Below, piece by piece: positions 1 to 9,779 of a stretch of DNA of 64,000 nucleotides. The stretch comes from Deltaproteobacteria bacterium. GTDB lineage: Bacteria > Myxococcota_A > Polyangia > Polyangiales > Houyiibacteriaceae. Position 1 is the first letter of the stretch, and each line of letters begins with the position of its first letter. The notes beneath the pieces are model-generated. The model did not search any database. It was given only the letters and a program-made list of their open reading frames with translations, and was not told the DNA's origin. The position numbers and the translations under genes were made by a program. The stretch spans positions 44,658 to 108,657 of the forward strand of contig JAXMNT010000024.1 in NCBI GenBank assembly GCA_034670305.1, read 5' to 3'.

Positions 1-2
1 GC

Positions 3-1952
3 CAGGGCCTCGACTACGCGCACCGCAAACGCGACATGAGCGGCGTGCCGCTCGACATCGTGCATCGGGACATCTCGCCTCAGAACATCCTGCTCAGCTT
101 CGCGGGCGAGGTGAAGATCGTCGACTTCGGGATCGCCAAGGCCGCCATGCGAAGCGGCCAGACCGAGGTGGGGGTGATCAAGGGCAAGTACTACTACATG
201 TCCCCGGAGCAGGCGTGGGCCGACCCCGTCGATCACAGCAGCGACATCTTTTCGCTCGGCATCGTGCTGCACGAGCTGTTGACCGGGAAGATGTTGTACG
301 ACGAGGACAACCTGCCGCGACTGCTCGACCGCGTGCGCAAGGCCGACATCGAACCGCCGTCCCGGCAGCGGACCGACATCCCACCGGAGCTCGATGCGAT
401 CGTCATGAAGGCGCTCGCGAAGTACCCGAACGAACGCTTCGGGAGCGCGCACGACTTCGGTCAGGCCCTCACGCGGTTTCTCTACCAGTTCCGCCCCTCG
501 TTCACGCCCGCGCGCCTCGCGGGCATGATGGGACAGCTCTTCCCCAGCGAGATCGCGTCGTCCACCGGCAGCGTGCATCTGCCGAGCGGGGAGCAGGTCC
601 TCTCCAGCATCTCCGCCGATCCGGAGCCACCTCTGAAGACCGAGTCGGGGGCGAAGACCCTCGATCCGATGAAGCCGGAAGAGTTTCGTCCCGATCCGCA
701 AAAGAGTGTGATCTTCGACCTCGGCGAGTTCGGCGACGAGACCACCAGCCGCGAGGTGCCGGCGGGGCTTCTGCCGAAGAAGAAGACGAAGTCGGGGCGG
801 CGTCCGATGCCTCCCGAGGTCGACGACGAGGGCGACGACGACGAGACCATCGTCGCCTCCGCGCGCTGGAAAGAAGCGGCGTTGGTCCCGACCGGCGGTG
901 CGCCACCTCCCCGTCCACCCCCACCGGGCATCGGCGGCGTGCCGGACCTCAGTCCCGCCAAACCGGACGATGGCTGGGAGGACGCGACGGTCGTCGATGC
1001 CGACGGCGACATCCTCGCGCGCATGCGCGAGATGCTCGAGCGCAAGGTGGCGCGCGAACGAAAGTCTCCCTCCAGCGACAAGCCGCTTCCGAGCCCGCCG
1101 CTCTCCGCCCAGGAACGGGAAGCACGCGACCGAGGCCTGCCGCCGCCGCCGCACCCGCCAGCTGCGCCGCCGCCACCGCCGCCCCGCGCGCTCGCCGAGG
1201 TGCCCGGCACGCTGCCCTTGATGGACGGCGCCACCGCCGAGCTCCAGCCTTCGTGGCCCCCGGCGATCGCGAGCCACGCGCCGGGCATTCCGGATCTCTC
1301 GACCGGCACGTGGGAACCGGGGTCGGAGCCGGGCGCACCGGGCATGGGCGGGCCGGGCGTGCCGCCTGCGTTCAGTGCGCCCGCAGCGCTCGCCGACACC
1401 TACGAGATGAAAGCCATCCCGGCTGCGAAGGGGTCCAAGGTCTTCTGGATCTTCGCGACGGTTCTGTCTTTGGCGATCGTGGTGGGGGCCGCGGCGGGTT
1501 ACTACGTCCGTTCGAACGCGGTGCCGCCGTTGACGCTCACCATCTCTTCGAGGCCTTCGGGCGCCTCGCTCGAACTGAACGGGCGACCGCTCGATTCGGT
1601 CACGCCGACCAGGCTCGGGGACGTGGAGGCCGGCACGTACGAAGTGCGGGCGTTCCTCGAGGGCTACGAATCCGAGACACGCACGGTGGCGGTGACGACC
1701 GGCCCGGTCGAAGTCGTGCTCGGACTGACGCCGCAGCGGCGGGACCTCATCCTCGACTCGCAGCCGAGTGGGCTCGAGGTCTCGGTGGATGGCGTCTCGA
1801 GAGGGCGGACACCGACCCGACTGGCTGGGCTCCCGCTCGGCCGCGCGATCCACGTCGAGGTCCGCCTCGACCGCACGCGGGTGGTGGCGCGGGACATCGA
1901 CGTCACCGAAGACCTCCCCGAGACCCTGACCCTCTCGGAACTCTCGAACTAG
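3..1952 (+). CDS. Hanks-type Ser/Thr protein kinase, 5'-truncated by the window; Pro-rich linker, TM helix, C-terminal PEGA-like domains
   Basis: HRDISPQN, DFG, KGKYYYMSPEQ, DIFSLG motifs; TM segment VFWIFATVLSLAIVVGAAAGYY; SRPSGASLELNG..TP PEGA-like repeats. Confidence 0.92.
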   Translation, partial: QGLDYAHRKRDMSGVPLDIVHRDISPQNILLSFAGEVKIVDFGIAKAAMRSGQTEVGVIKGKYYYMSPEQAWADPVDHSSDIFSLGIVLHELLTGKMLYDEDNLPRLLDRVRKADIEPPSRQRTDIPPELDAIVMKALAKYPNERFGSAHDFGQALTRFLYQFRPSFTPARLAGMMGQLFPSEIASSTGSVHLPSGEQVLSSISADPEPPLKTESGAKTLDPMKPEEFRPDPQKSVIFDLGEFGDETTSREVPAGLLPKKKTKSGRRPMPPEVDDEGDDDETIVASARWKEAALVPTGGAPPPRPPPPGIGGVPDLSPAKPDDGWEDATVVDADGDILARMREMLERKVARERKSPSSDKPLPSPPLSAQEREARDRGLPPPPHPPAAPPPPPPRALAEVPGTLPLMDGATAELQPSWPPAIASHAPGIPDLSTGTWEPGSEPGAPGMGGPGVPPAFSAPAALADTYEMKAIPAAKGSKVFWIFATVLSLAIVVGAAAGYYVRSNAVPPLTLTISSRPSGASLELNGRPLDSVTPTRLGDVEAGTYEVRAFLEGYESETRTVAVTTGPVEVVLGLTPQRRDLILDSQPSGLEVSVDGVSRGRTPTRLAGLPLGRAIHVEVRLDRTRVVARDIDVTEDLPETLTLSELSN

Positions 1953-1959
1953 ATCGCAG

Positions 1960-2793
1960 TCAGTCGAGCACGCGGTTGTCGATGAGGCGCGTGGTTCCGA
2001 TGTGGGCGGCGACCAGCACCACGCAGCCGGGGCCGTCGCCGTAGGGCTGGAGCGTTTGCGGATCCACGGCTTCGACGTAGTCCACCCGGTCGGCTGCGGC
2101 TTCGATGGGTTCGAGCGCCGCGCGTTGCAGCGCGTTCCGGTCGCGGATGCCTTCGACCCACAACGACTCGGCCGCGGCCAGACCTCGTGAGAGGGAGAGG
2201 GCGCGTGCGCGTTCGTCGGGCGAGAGGTAGCGGTTGCGCGACGAGAGCGCGAGGCCGTCGTCTTCCCGGACGATTGGACAGCCGACGATCTCGATGGGCA
2301 GGTTCAGGTCGCGGGCCATGCGCGTCACGATCTGGAGCTGCTGGTAGTCCTTCTGTCCGAAATACGCGGTGCTCTTGCCCACCATGCCGAAGAGTTTGGC
2401 GACGATGGTGGTCATGCCGTCGAAGTGGCCGGGGCGGTGCACGCCTTCCAGTCGGTCGGTCAGCCCGCCCACCCGGACCTGGCTCGAGAAACCGTCCGGG
2501 AACACCGCGTCGTGCGCGGGGGCGAAGAGCACGTCGACGCCGTGGGAGGCGCAGACCGCGCGGTCTGCGTCGAGCGTGCGCGGGTAGCGGTCGAGATCTT
2601 CTCCTTCGCCGAACTGGAGCGGGTTGACGAAGACACTGACCACGCAGAACGAGTCCGGCGCGGCCGCATCCATCAACGACGCGTGGCCGGCGTGAAGCGC
2701 GCCCATCGTCGGGACGAGCGACACCGTCCGCCCCTCTCGGCGCGCGCCCTCGCACAGGTCCCAGAGGACCGACAACTCCGCGACGTCACGCAC
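1960..2793 (-). CDS. panC: pantoate--beta-alanine ligase
   Basis: VPTMGALHAGH, SVFVNPLQF, RPGHFDG, FGQKDYQQ, REDDGLALSSRN, TRLIDN; GTG start just after the panB stop is estimated. Confidence 0.95.
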   Translation of the reverse strand: MRDVAELSVLWDLCEGARREGRTVSLVPTMGALHAGHASLMDAAAPDSFCVVSVFVNPLQFGEGEDLDRYPRTLDADRAVCASHGVDVLFAPAHDAVFPDGFSSQVRVGGLTDRLEGVHRPGHFDGMTTIVAKLFGMVGKSTAYFGQKDYQQLQIVTRMARDLNLPIEIVGCPIVREDDGLALSSRNRYLSPDERARALSLSRGLAAAESLWVEGIRDRNALQRAALEPIEAAADRVDYVEAVDPQTLQPYGDGPGCVVLVAAHIGTTRLIDNRVLD

Positions 2794-2803
2794 GGCGACG
2801 ACG

Positions 2804-3715
2804 TCAGGCTTGGGGGCCGTAGCCGTGTGCGGGAAGCGGCGGCTCGTTGTTCTCGGAGCGGGGTGCTTCGCCTTCACGGACCAATCCAAAACTGTGCGCT
2901 TCGGTGGGGAACACGCCGGCGCGCACTTCTTCGATGTACTGCGCGGTCGCCTCTTTGCCCTGCTCGAAGAACTCCGCGTAGCGTTTGACGAACTTCGGTC
3001 GCAGGTCCGGGGTGAGGCCGAGCAGATCGTAACAGACGAGCACCTGGCCATCGCAGTGCGGGCCGGCGCCGATGCCGATGGTCGGGATCGAGAGCAGCTT
3101 GGTGATGCGTTCGGCCAGATCGGTCGGCACCCCTTCGAGCACCAACGCGAAGGCACCGGCGTCTGCCACAGCAAGCGCGTCGTCGATGACGCGTTCGGCG
3201 GCTTCTTCGGTCTTGCCCTGCACCCGGAACCCGCCCATCGCGTGGACCGACTGCGGCGTGAGCCCGACGTGCGCCATCACCGGGATGCCCGCGTCGACGA
3301 TGCGCCGAATGGTCGGCGCGGCGCTGCGGCCGCCTTCGAGTTTCACCGAGTGGGCGCCGCCTTCGGAGAGAAAGCGGCCGGCGTTGCGGAGCGCGTCGCT
3401 TTCCGAGACCTGGTGGCTCAGAAAGGGCATGTCGCCGACGATGTGGGCGCGTCCCCGACCGCTGCGGATGCCACGCGCCACGGCGCGGCAGTGGTAGATG
3501 ACCTCGTCGACGGTGACGCCGAGGGTGCTGTCTTGCCCCTGCACCACCATGCCGAGCGAGTCGCCCACGAGCAGGATGTCGACTCCCGCGTCGTCGAACA
3601 TGCGCGCGAAGGTCGCGTCGTACGCGGTCACCATCGTGAGGCGTTCGTGCTTCTGCTTCATGCGCAGAATGCGCGGAACGGTGACGGGCCGGCTGGAAGC
3701 CAGTTCGCGGGTCAT
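2804..3715 (-). CDS. panB: 3-methyl-2-oxobutanoate hydroxymethyltransferase
   Basis: [45 protein letters not shown]. Confidence 0.97.
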   Translation of the reverse strand: MTRELASSRPVTVPRILRMKQKHERLTMVTAYDATFARMFDDAGVDILLVGDSLGMVVQGQDSTLGVTVDEVIYHCRAVARGIRSGRGRAHIVGDMPFLSHQVSESDALRNAGRFLSEGGAHSVKLEGGRSAAPTIRRIVDAGIPVMAHVGLTPQSVHAMGGFRVQGKTEEAAERVIDDALAVADAGAFALVLEGVPTDLAERITKLLSIPTIGIGAGPHCDGQVLVCYDLLGLTPDLRPKFVKRYAEFFEQGKEATAQYIEEVRAGVFPTEAHSFGLVREGEAPRSENNEPPLPAHGYGPQA

Positions 3716-3822
3716 GGAGTGCTTTCCATCTTCGTGGTCGCGGCCCAGCAGATTCCGGGTCCACGCCGTCGGACGTGCCCTCACTCTAACCAGGCCCACA
3801 GAACACGCCAAGGAGAATTCGG

Positions 3823-4227
3823 CTACTCCGCCTCCGGCCGGATCTTCCAAAGCCCCGCCCACGCGATCGGCCCCGCCATCGCCATCACCCCCCACCGAAC
3901 GAGCAACACAGTACGCGCATCGCCGACGTCGTCGGTGCCCATCGAGGCGAGCGCGACCGCCACCTGTCCTTCCAGCAACGTCTCCAAGAACCCGAGCGTC
4001 AGCCACAGGGTGGCGCCCACGAATCCGAGGGCAGCGCTCGAGACCGCCCACACGGTCAGGCGCACCTCGGACCCGTCCGCGCCTTGTCGCATCGCTACCA
4101 AGAGCACACCCACGAACGCCACCGGTGCCAGCGCGACCCCCCACGAGAGAAGGAACGGGCCGAGGGTGATGCCGGCGGCCACCCCCACGCTCAGGCTGAG
4201 TGGGACGACGAGCGGAGCAAGTCTCAT
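3823..4227 (-). CDS. small hypothetical membrane protein (about 4 TM segments)
   Basis: Hydrophobic ORF that fills the gap between co-oriented genes. Confidence 0.6.
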   Translation of the reverse strand: MRLAPLVVPLSLSVGVAAGITLGPFLLSWGVALAPVAFVGVLLVAMRQGADGSEVRLTVWAVSSAALGFVGATLWLTLGFLETLLEGQVAVALASMGTDDVGDARTVLLVRWGVMAMAGPIAWAGLWKIRPEAE

Positions 4228-4242
4228 CGGGCTACTGGCCGC

Positions 4243-5517
4243 TCACGCGTCGGCGAGTTTGGCGAGCCGGCCTTCGATGGCGATTCGAAGATCCGAATCG
4301 TCGTCCTCGGGCAACAGCGCCAGGGCGCGCTTCAACATGCGCTTCGCTTCGTCGTCGAGGTTCAGCTCCATGAGGAGGCGGCCCGCTTCCGCGTGGTACT
4401 GCGCGTGGTTCGCGCGGTCCGAGCCACGGGTGAGCGCGGCAAAAAGATCCGCCGCGCGGTCCGGGGCGCCGACCTTCTCGTGGAGCGCGGCGAGTGGCAG
4501 CACGGTGCTGGGCGGAAAATCGAGCACCTTGCGTTCGGTCATGAACGACACCACCCGCTCGAGTTGCCCAATCGCTTCTTCGTCGCGTTCCACCGCCGCG
4601 TACGCGAGGCCGAGCTCTTGCAACATCCACCAGTCCGGTCGGATGTCGTCCATGAAAAGCGAACCGGCTTCGAGCACTTCCACCGCTTCTTCGGCCATCT
4701 CGTGTTCGAGCAAGAACCGCCCCATCGCCAGGTAGGGGCGGTGGTCGTCGTCGAACGTCTCGACCGCTTCTTCGAAGAAGCCCATCGCCTCTTCGAACTC
4801 ACCGTCCGCATCCGCGATGCGCGCGAGCTCGATGTACGCGCCGAGCAACGGCTCGCCGACCTCGTCGTCTTCGAGCTGATCGATGAACTCGATCAGCGCG
4901 TCGCGTCCGCCTTCGTTGTCTTCGGTCAGGAGACGCACGCGGCCGATTTCGAGCCAGAGGTACTTCGGCGGCGTCTCTTCGTCTTCGAGGGCTTCGGCGA
5001 GGATGGCTTCGAGCAAGGGTTTGGCGGCTTCGGAGTCGCCTTTGTGCACCAAGAGGATCGCGTCGGAGAACGCGTCGCCGTAGCCTTCGTACTCATCGGC
5101 TTGGTCAGGCTCCCAGCTGCCGGACACCGCGAGCAGGATCTCCTCGTCGGTCACCTCGGCGTCGGCCGCCGCTTCGACGGCTTCTTCGCGCTCGAGTTCG
5201 TCCAGGATGCTCTGCGCTTCCGCCCGCACCTTCGCGCTCGCGACCACCGTCAGCGCCCCCGCGAGTTCTTCGCGGGCCATCTCCTCGTCGTCCTGGTCCA
5301 GAAGCCGCTCGGCTTCGGCGATGCGACTGAGTGCGATCTCGTCGCAGGCGGCGTCGATGCGCTCGGCGATGGTGGCCTTCTCGGATTCTTCCGCCCGATC
5401 GAGCGCGCGTTCGAAGGCGAGCTTGGCCTCTCCGAACCGGCGCTGCTCGAAGAGCGACTCGCCTTCGCGAAGCGGACCATCGCTCTTGCCGCCGAACAGC
5501 TTGCCGAACAATCCCAT
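4243..5517 (-). CDS. acidic tetratricopeptide-repeat protein
   Basis: Start MGLFGKLFGG overlaps the upstream stop (TAATG); TPR-like helices such as GEAKLAFERAL, EEAMGFFEEAV, EAKRMLKRAL. Confidence 0.8.
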   Translation of the reverse strand: MGLFGKLFGGKSDGPLREGESLFEQRRFGEAKLAFERALDRAEESEKATIAERIDAACDEIALSRIAEAERLLDQDDEEMAREELAGALTVVASAKVRAEAQSILDELEREEAVEAAADAEVTDEEILLAVSGSWEPDQADEYEGYGDAFSDAILLVHKGDSEAAKPLLEAILAEALEDEETPPKYLWLEIGRVRLLTEDNEGGRDALIEFIDQLEDDEVGEPLLGAYIELARIADADGEFEEAMGFFEEAVETFDDDHRPYLAMGRFLLEHEMAEEAVEVLEAGSLFMDDIRPDWWMLQELGLAYAAVERDEEAIGQLERVVSFMTERKVLDFPPSTVLPLAALHEKVGAPDRAADLFAALTRGSDRANHAQYHAEAGRLLMELNLDDEAKRMLKRALALLPEDDDSDLRIAIEGRLAKLADA

Positions 5518-6638
5518 TACTTCTTGTCCTTCTTGTCGAGACGCTGCTTGGCGGCGGCCCGCACGGGACCGGCGACCCCGCGGCCCTTGGTGAGCAGCTT
5601 CAGATCGGCGGGGCGCATGTGGGAGATGAACTTCAGCGACAGACCCACGGGGGTCTTCGGGTTGAAGACCAGCGCGCGCTTGATGCCGTAGGTGCGGATC
5701 CACTCTTTGCGCTGCCCGATCGCACGCAGGATGGAGATGCTGATCTCTTTGCTGTGGGCGATCGCGGCGGCTTCCGCGGCGGTCATGGTCGGGCTCGTGA
5801 TCGCGGCGTTGGAGACCATCTTGTTGGGATCCCGCACGAGCAGCGAGCGGGCCGCGGCGTCGCCCACCATGGCGAGGCGAAGTTTGTCCGAGAGGCTCAT
5901 GTCCCGGATCCGGAAGCTGAGCGGCTTGAACTTGTCCTTGAGTTCCTCGTTGCCGTCGACGGGGTCTACGTCGATGGCGGCTTCGTCGAGTTCCTCCGCG
6001 AGGACCTCCGAGAAGGCGAGGTCGCTCGGAAGCGGCTCGTCGGTCGGCTCGGGGATGAGCTGTCCCTGAATCGCTTCCACGTGTGCGTGGAACGAGGGGA
6101 TGCCGTGCAGCTCCACGCCGTGTCGTGCACACAGCTCGATCAGCCGATCGGCGGTCGACATCCGGGTGTGTTTGTTCTTGTAGAGCGCTTCCACGATCAA
6201 CGGCGCGCCGATGAGCCGCTGCTGGTTGACCGCGATGAGTTCACTCATGCGTTCGCTGCAGACGCGCGCGATGCGGGCCAGGGTGCTGTTCGCGGTGTTC
6301 GGGTTCTGGATGAGCCGTTCGAGGACGGTGTCTTTGGCGCGGAACGTGTCCGCGAGCGCGTCGATCACCGCGGTGTGCAGGTCGTTCGCCTCGCACGCGG
6401 GCAAGAGCACCGCGTCGGGCAGCCCAGCCAAGCTCTCCGTCGCGGCCCGACCGACCATGTCGTCGTCGTCCGCGCTGAGCTGACAGAGCACCGTCACGAG
6501 GGCCGCGCCCTTGACCGGGACCAAACCCTTGGCCGCCATCATCTTGGCAGGCGTCGGCGCGTTCGGATCTGCGAACCGCCGGATGCTCTCGGGCAGGTCT
6601 TCCTTGGCGAGGGGGAGCGGTGGCGCGTTCTCGATCAT
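5517..6638 (-). CDS. conserved alpha-helical (HEAT/ARM-like) hypothetical protein
   Basis: Helical ORF with KLRLAMVGDAAARSLLVRDPNKMVS and LVFNPKTP segments; translationally coupled to the TPR gene. Confidence 0.7.
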   Translation of the reverse strand: MIENAPPLPLAKEDLPESIRRFADPNAPTPAKMMAAKGLVPVKGAALVTVLCQLSADDDDMVGRAATESLAGLPDAVLLPACEANDLHTAVIDALADTFRAKDTVLERLIQNPNTANSTLARIARVCSERMSELIAVNQQRLIGAPLIVEALYKNKHTRMSTADRLIELCARHGVELHGIPSFHAHVEAIQGQLIPEPTDEPLPSDLAFSEVLAEELDEAAIDVDPVDGNEELKDKFKPLSFRIRDMSLSDKLRLAMVGDAAARSLLVRDPNKMVSNAAITSPTMTAAEAAAIAHSKEISISILRAIGQRKEWIRTYGIKRALVFNPKTPVGLSLKFISHMRPADLKLLTKGRGVAGPVRAAAKQRLDKKDKK

Positions 6639-6703
6639 GCGTCCATGGGCATATCGACCCGCTCCAGGCAGGTCAACGCTTACCGTTCCGGACTGGCGGC
6701 CTA

Positions 6704-7492
6704 TTACCGGCCGTGGAACTCCGGGGTGCGCTTCTCCAGCAGGGCCGCCATGCCTTCCTTCGCGTCGTCCGTGGCGAGCGTCTCGGCCTGAAACCCTGCT
6801 TCGATCCGAGCGGCTGCGGCCGGATCCCAGTCGAGGCCATCGTAGAGCGTCTTCTTGATGAGCCGCACCGCCAGCGGGGCATTGGCGGCGATGGTGGCGG
6901 CCAGTGCGCGCGTGTGCGGCAGGACCTCGGCCGCGGGGAGGGCGCGGCTCACGAGGCCCATCGCCGCCGCTTCGGTGCCACTCACCAAGGCGCCGGTGAA
7001 GAGCATCTCGGCCGCCCGGGAGACCCCCACCAGCCGAGGCAAGATGTAGCTGATCGCCATCCCGGAGCTCAGACCGAGCCGGGCGAAGTTCGCGCCGTAC
7101 TTCGAGTCTGCGGCGGCGATGCGGACGTCGCACATCAGGGAGAGCCCGAAGCCGCCGCCGACCGCGTGCCCGTTGAGGGCGCCGAGCACGGGCACCTCGA
7201 GGGTCCGCAGACTCAGGAACGGGGCGTACATGGCGAAACTGCGCTCGTGGGGCAGACCGGCGCTGTCGAGCTGGACGACGGACTTGAAGTCGGCCCCGGC
7301 GCTGAAGCAGTGTCCTTCGCCGCGCACGACGAGACACCGCAGGCCCGGGTCGGCCTTGGCCGCCGTCACCGCCTCGCCGAAGGCTTCGAGCAGCTCCGGG
7401 GTCATCGAGTTGCGGTTGTCGGGGCGGTCGAGGACGATCTCGCCCACGTGGGGATCGGCCCCGGGTTCGTAGCGAACGGCCGGCGTGTGCAT
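6704..7492 (-). CDS. enoyl-CoA hydratase/isomerase (crotonase family)
   Basis: FSAGADF, LNGHAVGGG, CDVRIAA, DAKEGMAALLEKRTPEF. Confidence 0.92.
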   Translation of the reverse strand: MHTPAVRYEPGADPHVGEIVLDRPDNRNSMTPELLEAFGEAVTAAKADPGLRCLVVRGEGHCFSAGADFKSVVQLDSAGLPHERSFAMYAPFLSLRTLEVPVLGALNGHAVGGGFGLSLMCDVRIAAADSKYGANFARLGLSSGMAISYILPRLVGVSRAAEMLFTGALVSGTEAAAMGLVSRALPAAEVLPHTRALAATIAANAPLAVRLIKKTLYDGLDWDPAAAARIEAGFQAETLATDDAKEGMAALLEKRTPEFHGR

Positions 7493-7696
7493 GGTGCGGG
7501 TATGGCACAAAGGTCCACGGTTGGCTGCCGGGTCGCTGTCTTCGCGAGGTCGCGGGGAGGGTGACGAAAGTCACGCGCGAATGGTCTGCCGCGACGCGTG
7601 AGCGAGCGGGGCACGAGTGCTTGCTCGGTCGGTCCGGTACGATAGGGTGTGGGCGTATGTCGGACTGGGGGGTTCTCCTCGTCTGACCCGAGGAGA

Positions 7697-9775
7697 ATGA
7701 TGATTCGTTGGCTTGTCGAGCGCCGGTCCTACCCGGTGCAAGCACTCTTGGTCTGTCTTGCCTCTGTCGTTGGATGTGGGGACGATTCCGCGCCCACCCG
7801 CGACGCCGGGACCGACGCGCCGTTGATTCCGGACGCGCCCATGATGCGGGACGGTGGTCCCAGGTGCGAGAGCGAAGCCGAGTGCGACGACCGGGTGATG
7901 TGCACCCGTGACCTGTGCATCGACGGGACCTGCCGGAACGTCGTCGACAACACCAACTGTGCCGACGAGCTCTTCTGCAACGGCGTCGAGATCTGCGACC
8001 CCATCCGCGGCTGTATGCCGGGACCGCTCGAGACGTGCAGCGATGGAAACGTCTGCACCATCGACCGGTGCGACGAAGAAGCCAAGGTCTGCCAGTACGG
8101 CCCACGGGACTTCGACGAAGACGGGGAAGCCGACTTCTTCTGCGAAGGCGGCACCGACTGCGACGACCGCGATCCGACGCGTGGGTCGCTCGTGGCGGAG
8201 GTCTGCGACGACGGCGTCGACAACGACTGCGACGAGCTGACCGACGAAGCCACCTGTGGCCGGCCGCGTTACGACACCTGCGACGACGCGCTCGACGTGA
8301 GCGCGGGCGGTTTCTTCGAACTCGACTCCACCGGCGCGACGCCGGACTACGAGCTCGACTGCGCGCCGCGCGGCCGCCGCGACATGGTCCTGACGTTCAC
8401 GCTCACCGAATCCCAGAACGTCACCGTCACCGCGGAGGGACGTTCGACGACCTACATCGGGCTGCGCACCACCTGCGACGACAGCGACACCGAGACCGAG
8501 TGCGCGGGTGGGTTCCCCGGTCAGATGGCGGCCCGTGCCCTCGAGCCGGGCACCTACTTCCTGATCGTGGCCGACATCGGCGGCGACCTCGCGATCGACG
8601 TGGAGTTCTCTGAACCCACGCCGCCTCCGGCCAACGAGACCTGCGACATGCCCATGGACGTGAGCGCGGGCGGCTCCTTCCCCAGCACCTTCATCGACGT
8701 CAACGACGACGAGATGACCAGCTGTGGCTCCACCCGGGCGCCGGACCTCACCTACAGCTTCACCCTCACCGAGACCCGCGACGTGACCGTGTCGGCCATC
8801 GGCGAAGGTCCAGACAACATCGCGATCGGCGTGTACACGACGTGCGGCGAAGCCGGGTCCGAGCTCCGATGCGCACGCGGTGCGCCTTCGTCGGCGCACC
8901 TCTACTCCCTTGCGGCGGGCACGTACTTCATCGTGGCCGAGGGGTCGGCCGCCCGAGAGGCGAACTTCACGCTCGACGTGGTCTTCGGAGCGCCCACGCT
9001 CCCGCCGCCCGGCGACCAATGCAGCAACGCGATTCCACTCGTGGCCGGGGTCGAGGCGACCGGTACGCTGGCAGGGTTCCAGGACGACGAAGCGATCTCC
9101 TGCGGGTTCTTCTTCCGCGACGCGATTTACAGCTTCGAACTGACCGAAGCGAGCGACGTATTCGTCGACTTCGATGCAGGCGGCTTCGGGTACATGAGCG
9201 TCCGCTCGGACTGCGACGACATCGCGAGTGAGACCCGCTGCTCGACCGGCAACCCGACCCGGACTCGGCTCCGCAACCTGGCGCCGGGCACCTACTTCAT
9301 CATCGTCGAGGCGACCTCGGGCACGGGTTACAGCTTGAACCTGACGACCCAGTCGCCCCCGTCCGTACCGACCCCGGTCACGGGCAACGACGTGTGTGGC
9401 TCGGCGCACGTGATCCCGCCCACCGGCGGGCTCTACAGTGGGAGCACGGTGCCTGCGCTCAACGACCTGAGCACCCGGCTCTGTGGGAGCAACGCGACCT
9501 CGCGCGACGTGATGTTCGAGCTCACGCTCACCGAGCGCAAGAGCGTCTTCGCGACGCTCGACGGCAGCTCGTACGACACGGTGCTCCATCTGCACCGCAC
9601 CTCGTGCGTGGACCGTGGCGAGATCGCTTGCAACGACGACATGGGCGGTGGTTCCTCCACCAGCGCCCTCGACCGGGAGCTCGATCCGGGGACCTACTAT
9701 TACGTGGTCGATGGATTCGGGTCGGCTTCCGCCGGCGATTACATCTTCGAGGTGATCGTCTCCGATCCCGAGTAG
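7697..9775 (+). CDS. Cys-rich lipoprotein with a putative metal-binding (MopE-like) motif and about 4 repeated beta-sandwich (PPC-like) modules
   Basis: AGGAG RBS; lipobox-like VVGC; DCDDRDP..AEVCDDGVDNDCD; repeated (N/Y)D/ETC...D..F.FTL...L.PGTY.I modules. Confidence 0.8.
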   Translation: MMIRWLVERRSYPVQALLVCLASVVGCGDDSAPTRDAGTDAPLIPDAPMMRDGGPRCESEAECDDRVMCTRDLCIDGTCRNVVDNTNCADELFCNGVEICDPIRGCMPGPLETCSDGNVCTIDRCDEEAKVCQYGPRDFDEDGEADFFCEGGTDCDDRDPTRGSLVAEVCDDGVDNDCDELTDEATCGRPRYDTCDDALDVSAGGFFELDSTGATPDYELDCAPRGRRDMVLTFTLTESQNVTVTAEGRSTTYIGLRTTCDDSDTETECAGGFPGQMAARALEPGTYFLIVADIGGDLAIDVEFSEPTPPPANETCDMPMDVSAGGSFPSTFIDVNDDEMTSCGSTRAPDLTYSFTLTETRDVTVSAIGEGPDNIAIGVYTTCGEAGSELRCARGAPSSAHLYSLAAGTYFIVAEGSAAREANFTLDVVFGAPTLPPPGDQCSNAIPLVAGVEATGTLAGFQDDEAISCGFFFRDAIYSFELTEASDVFVDFDAGGFGYMSVRSDCDDIASETRCSTGNPTRTRLRNLAPGTYFIIVEATSGTGYSLNLTTQSPPSVPTPVTGNDVCGSAHVIPPTGGLYSGSTVPALNDLSTRLCGSNATSRDVMFELTLTERKSVFATLDGSSYDTVLHLHRTSCVDRGEIACNDDMGGGSSTSALDRELDPGTYYYVVDGFGSASAGDYIFEVIVSDPE

Positions 9776-9779
9776 CACC

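Noticed and set aside
7607-7625. Sigma-54 promoter-like GGCACG...TTGCT
   Set aside because: GG-to-GC spacing is 11 nt instead of the required 10
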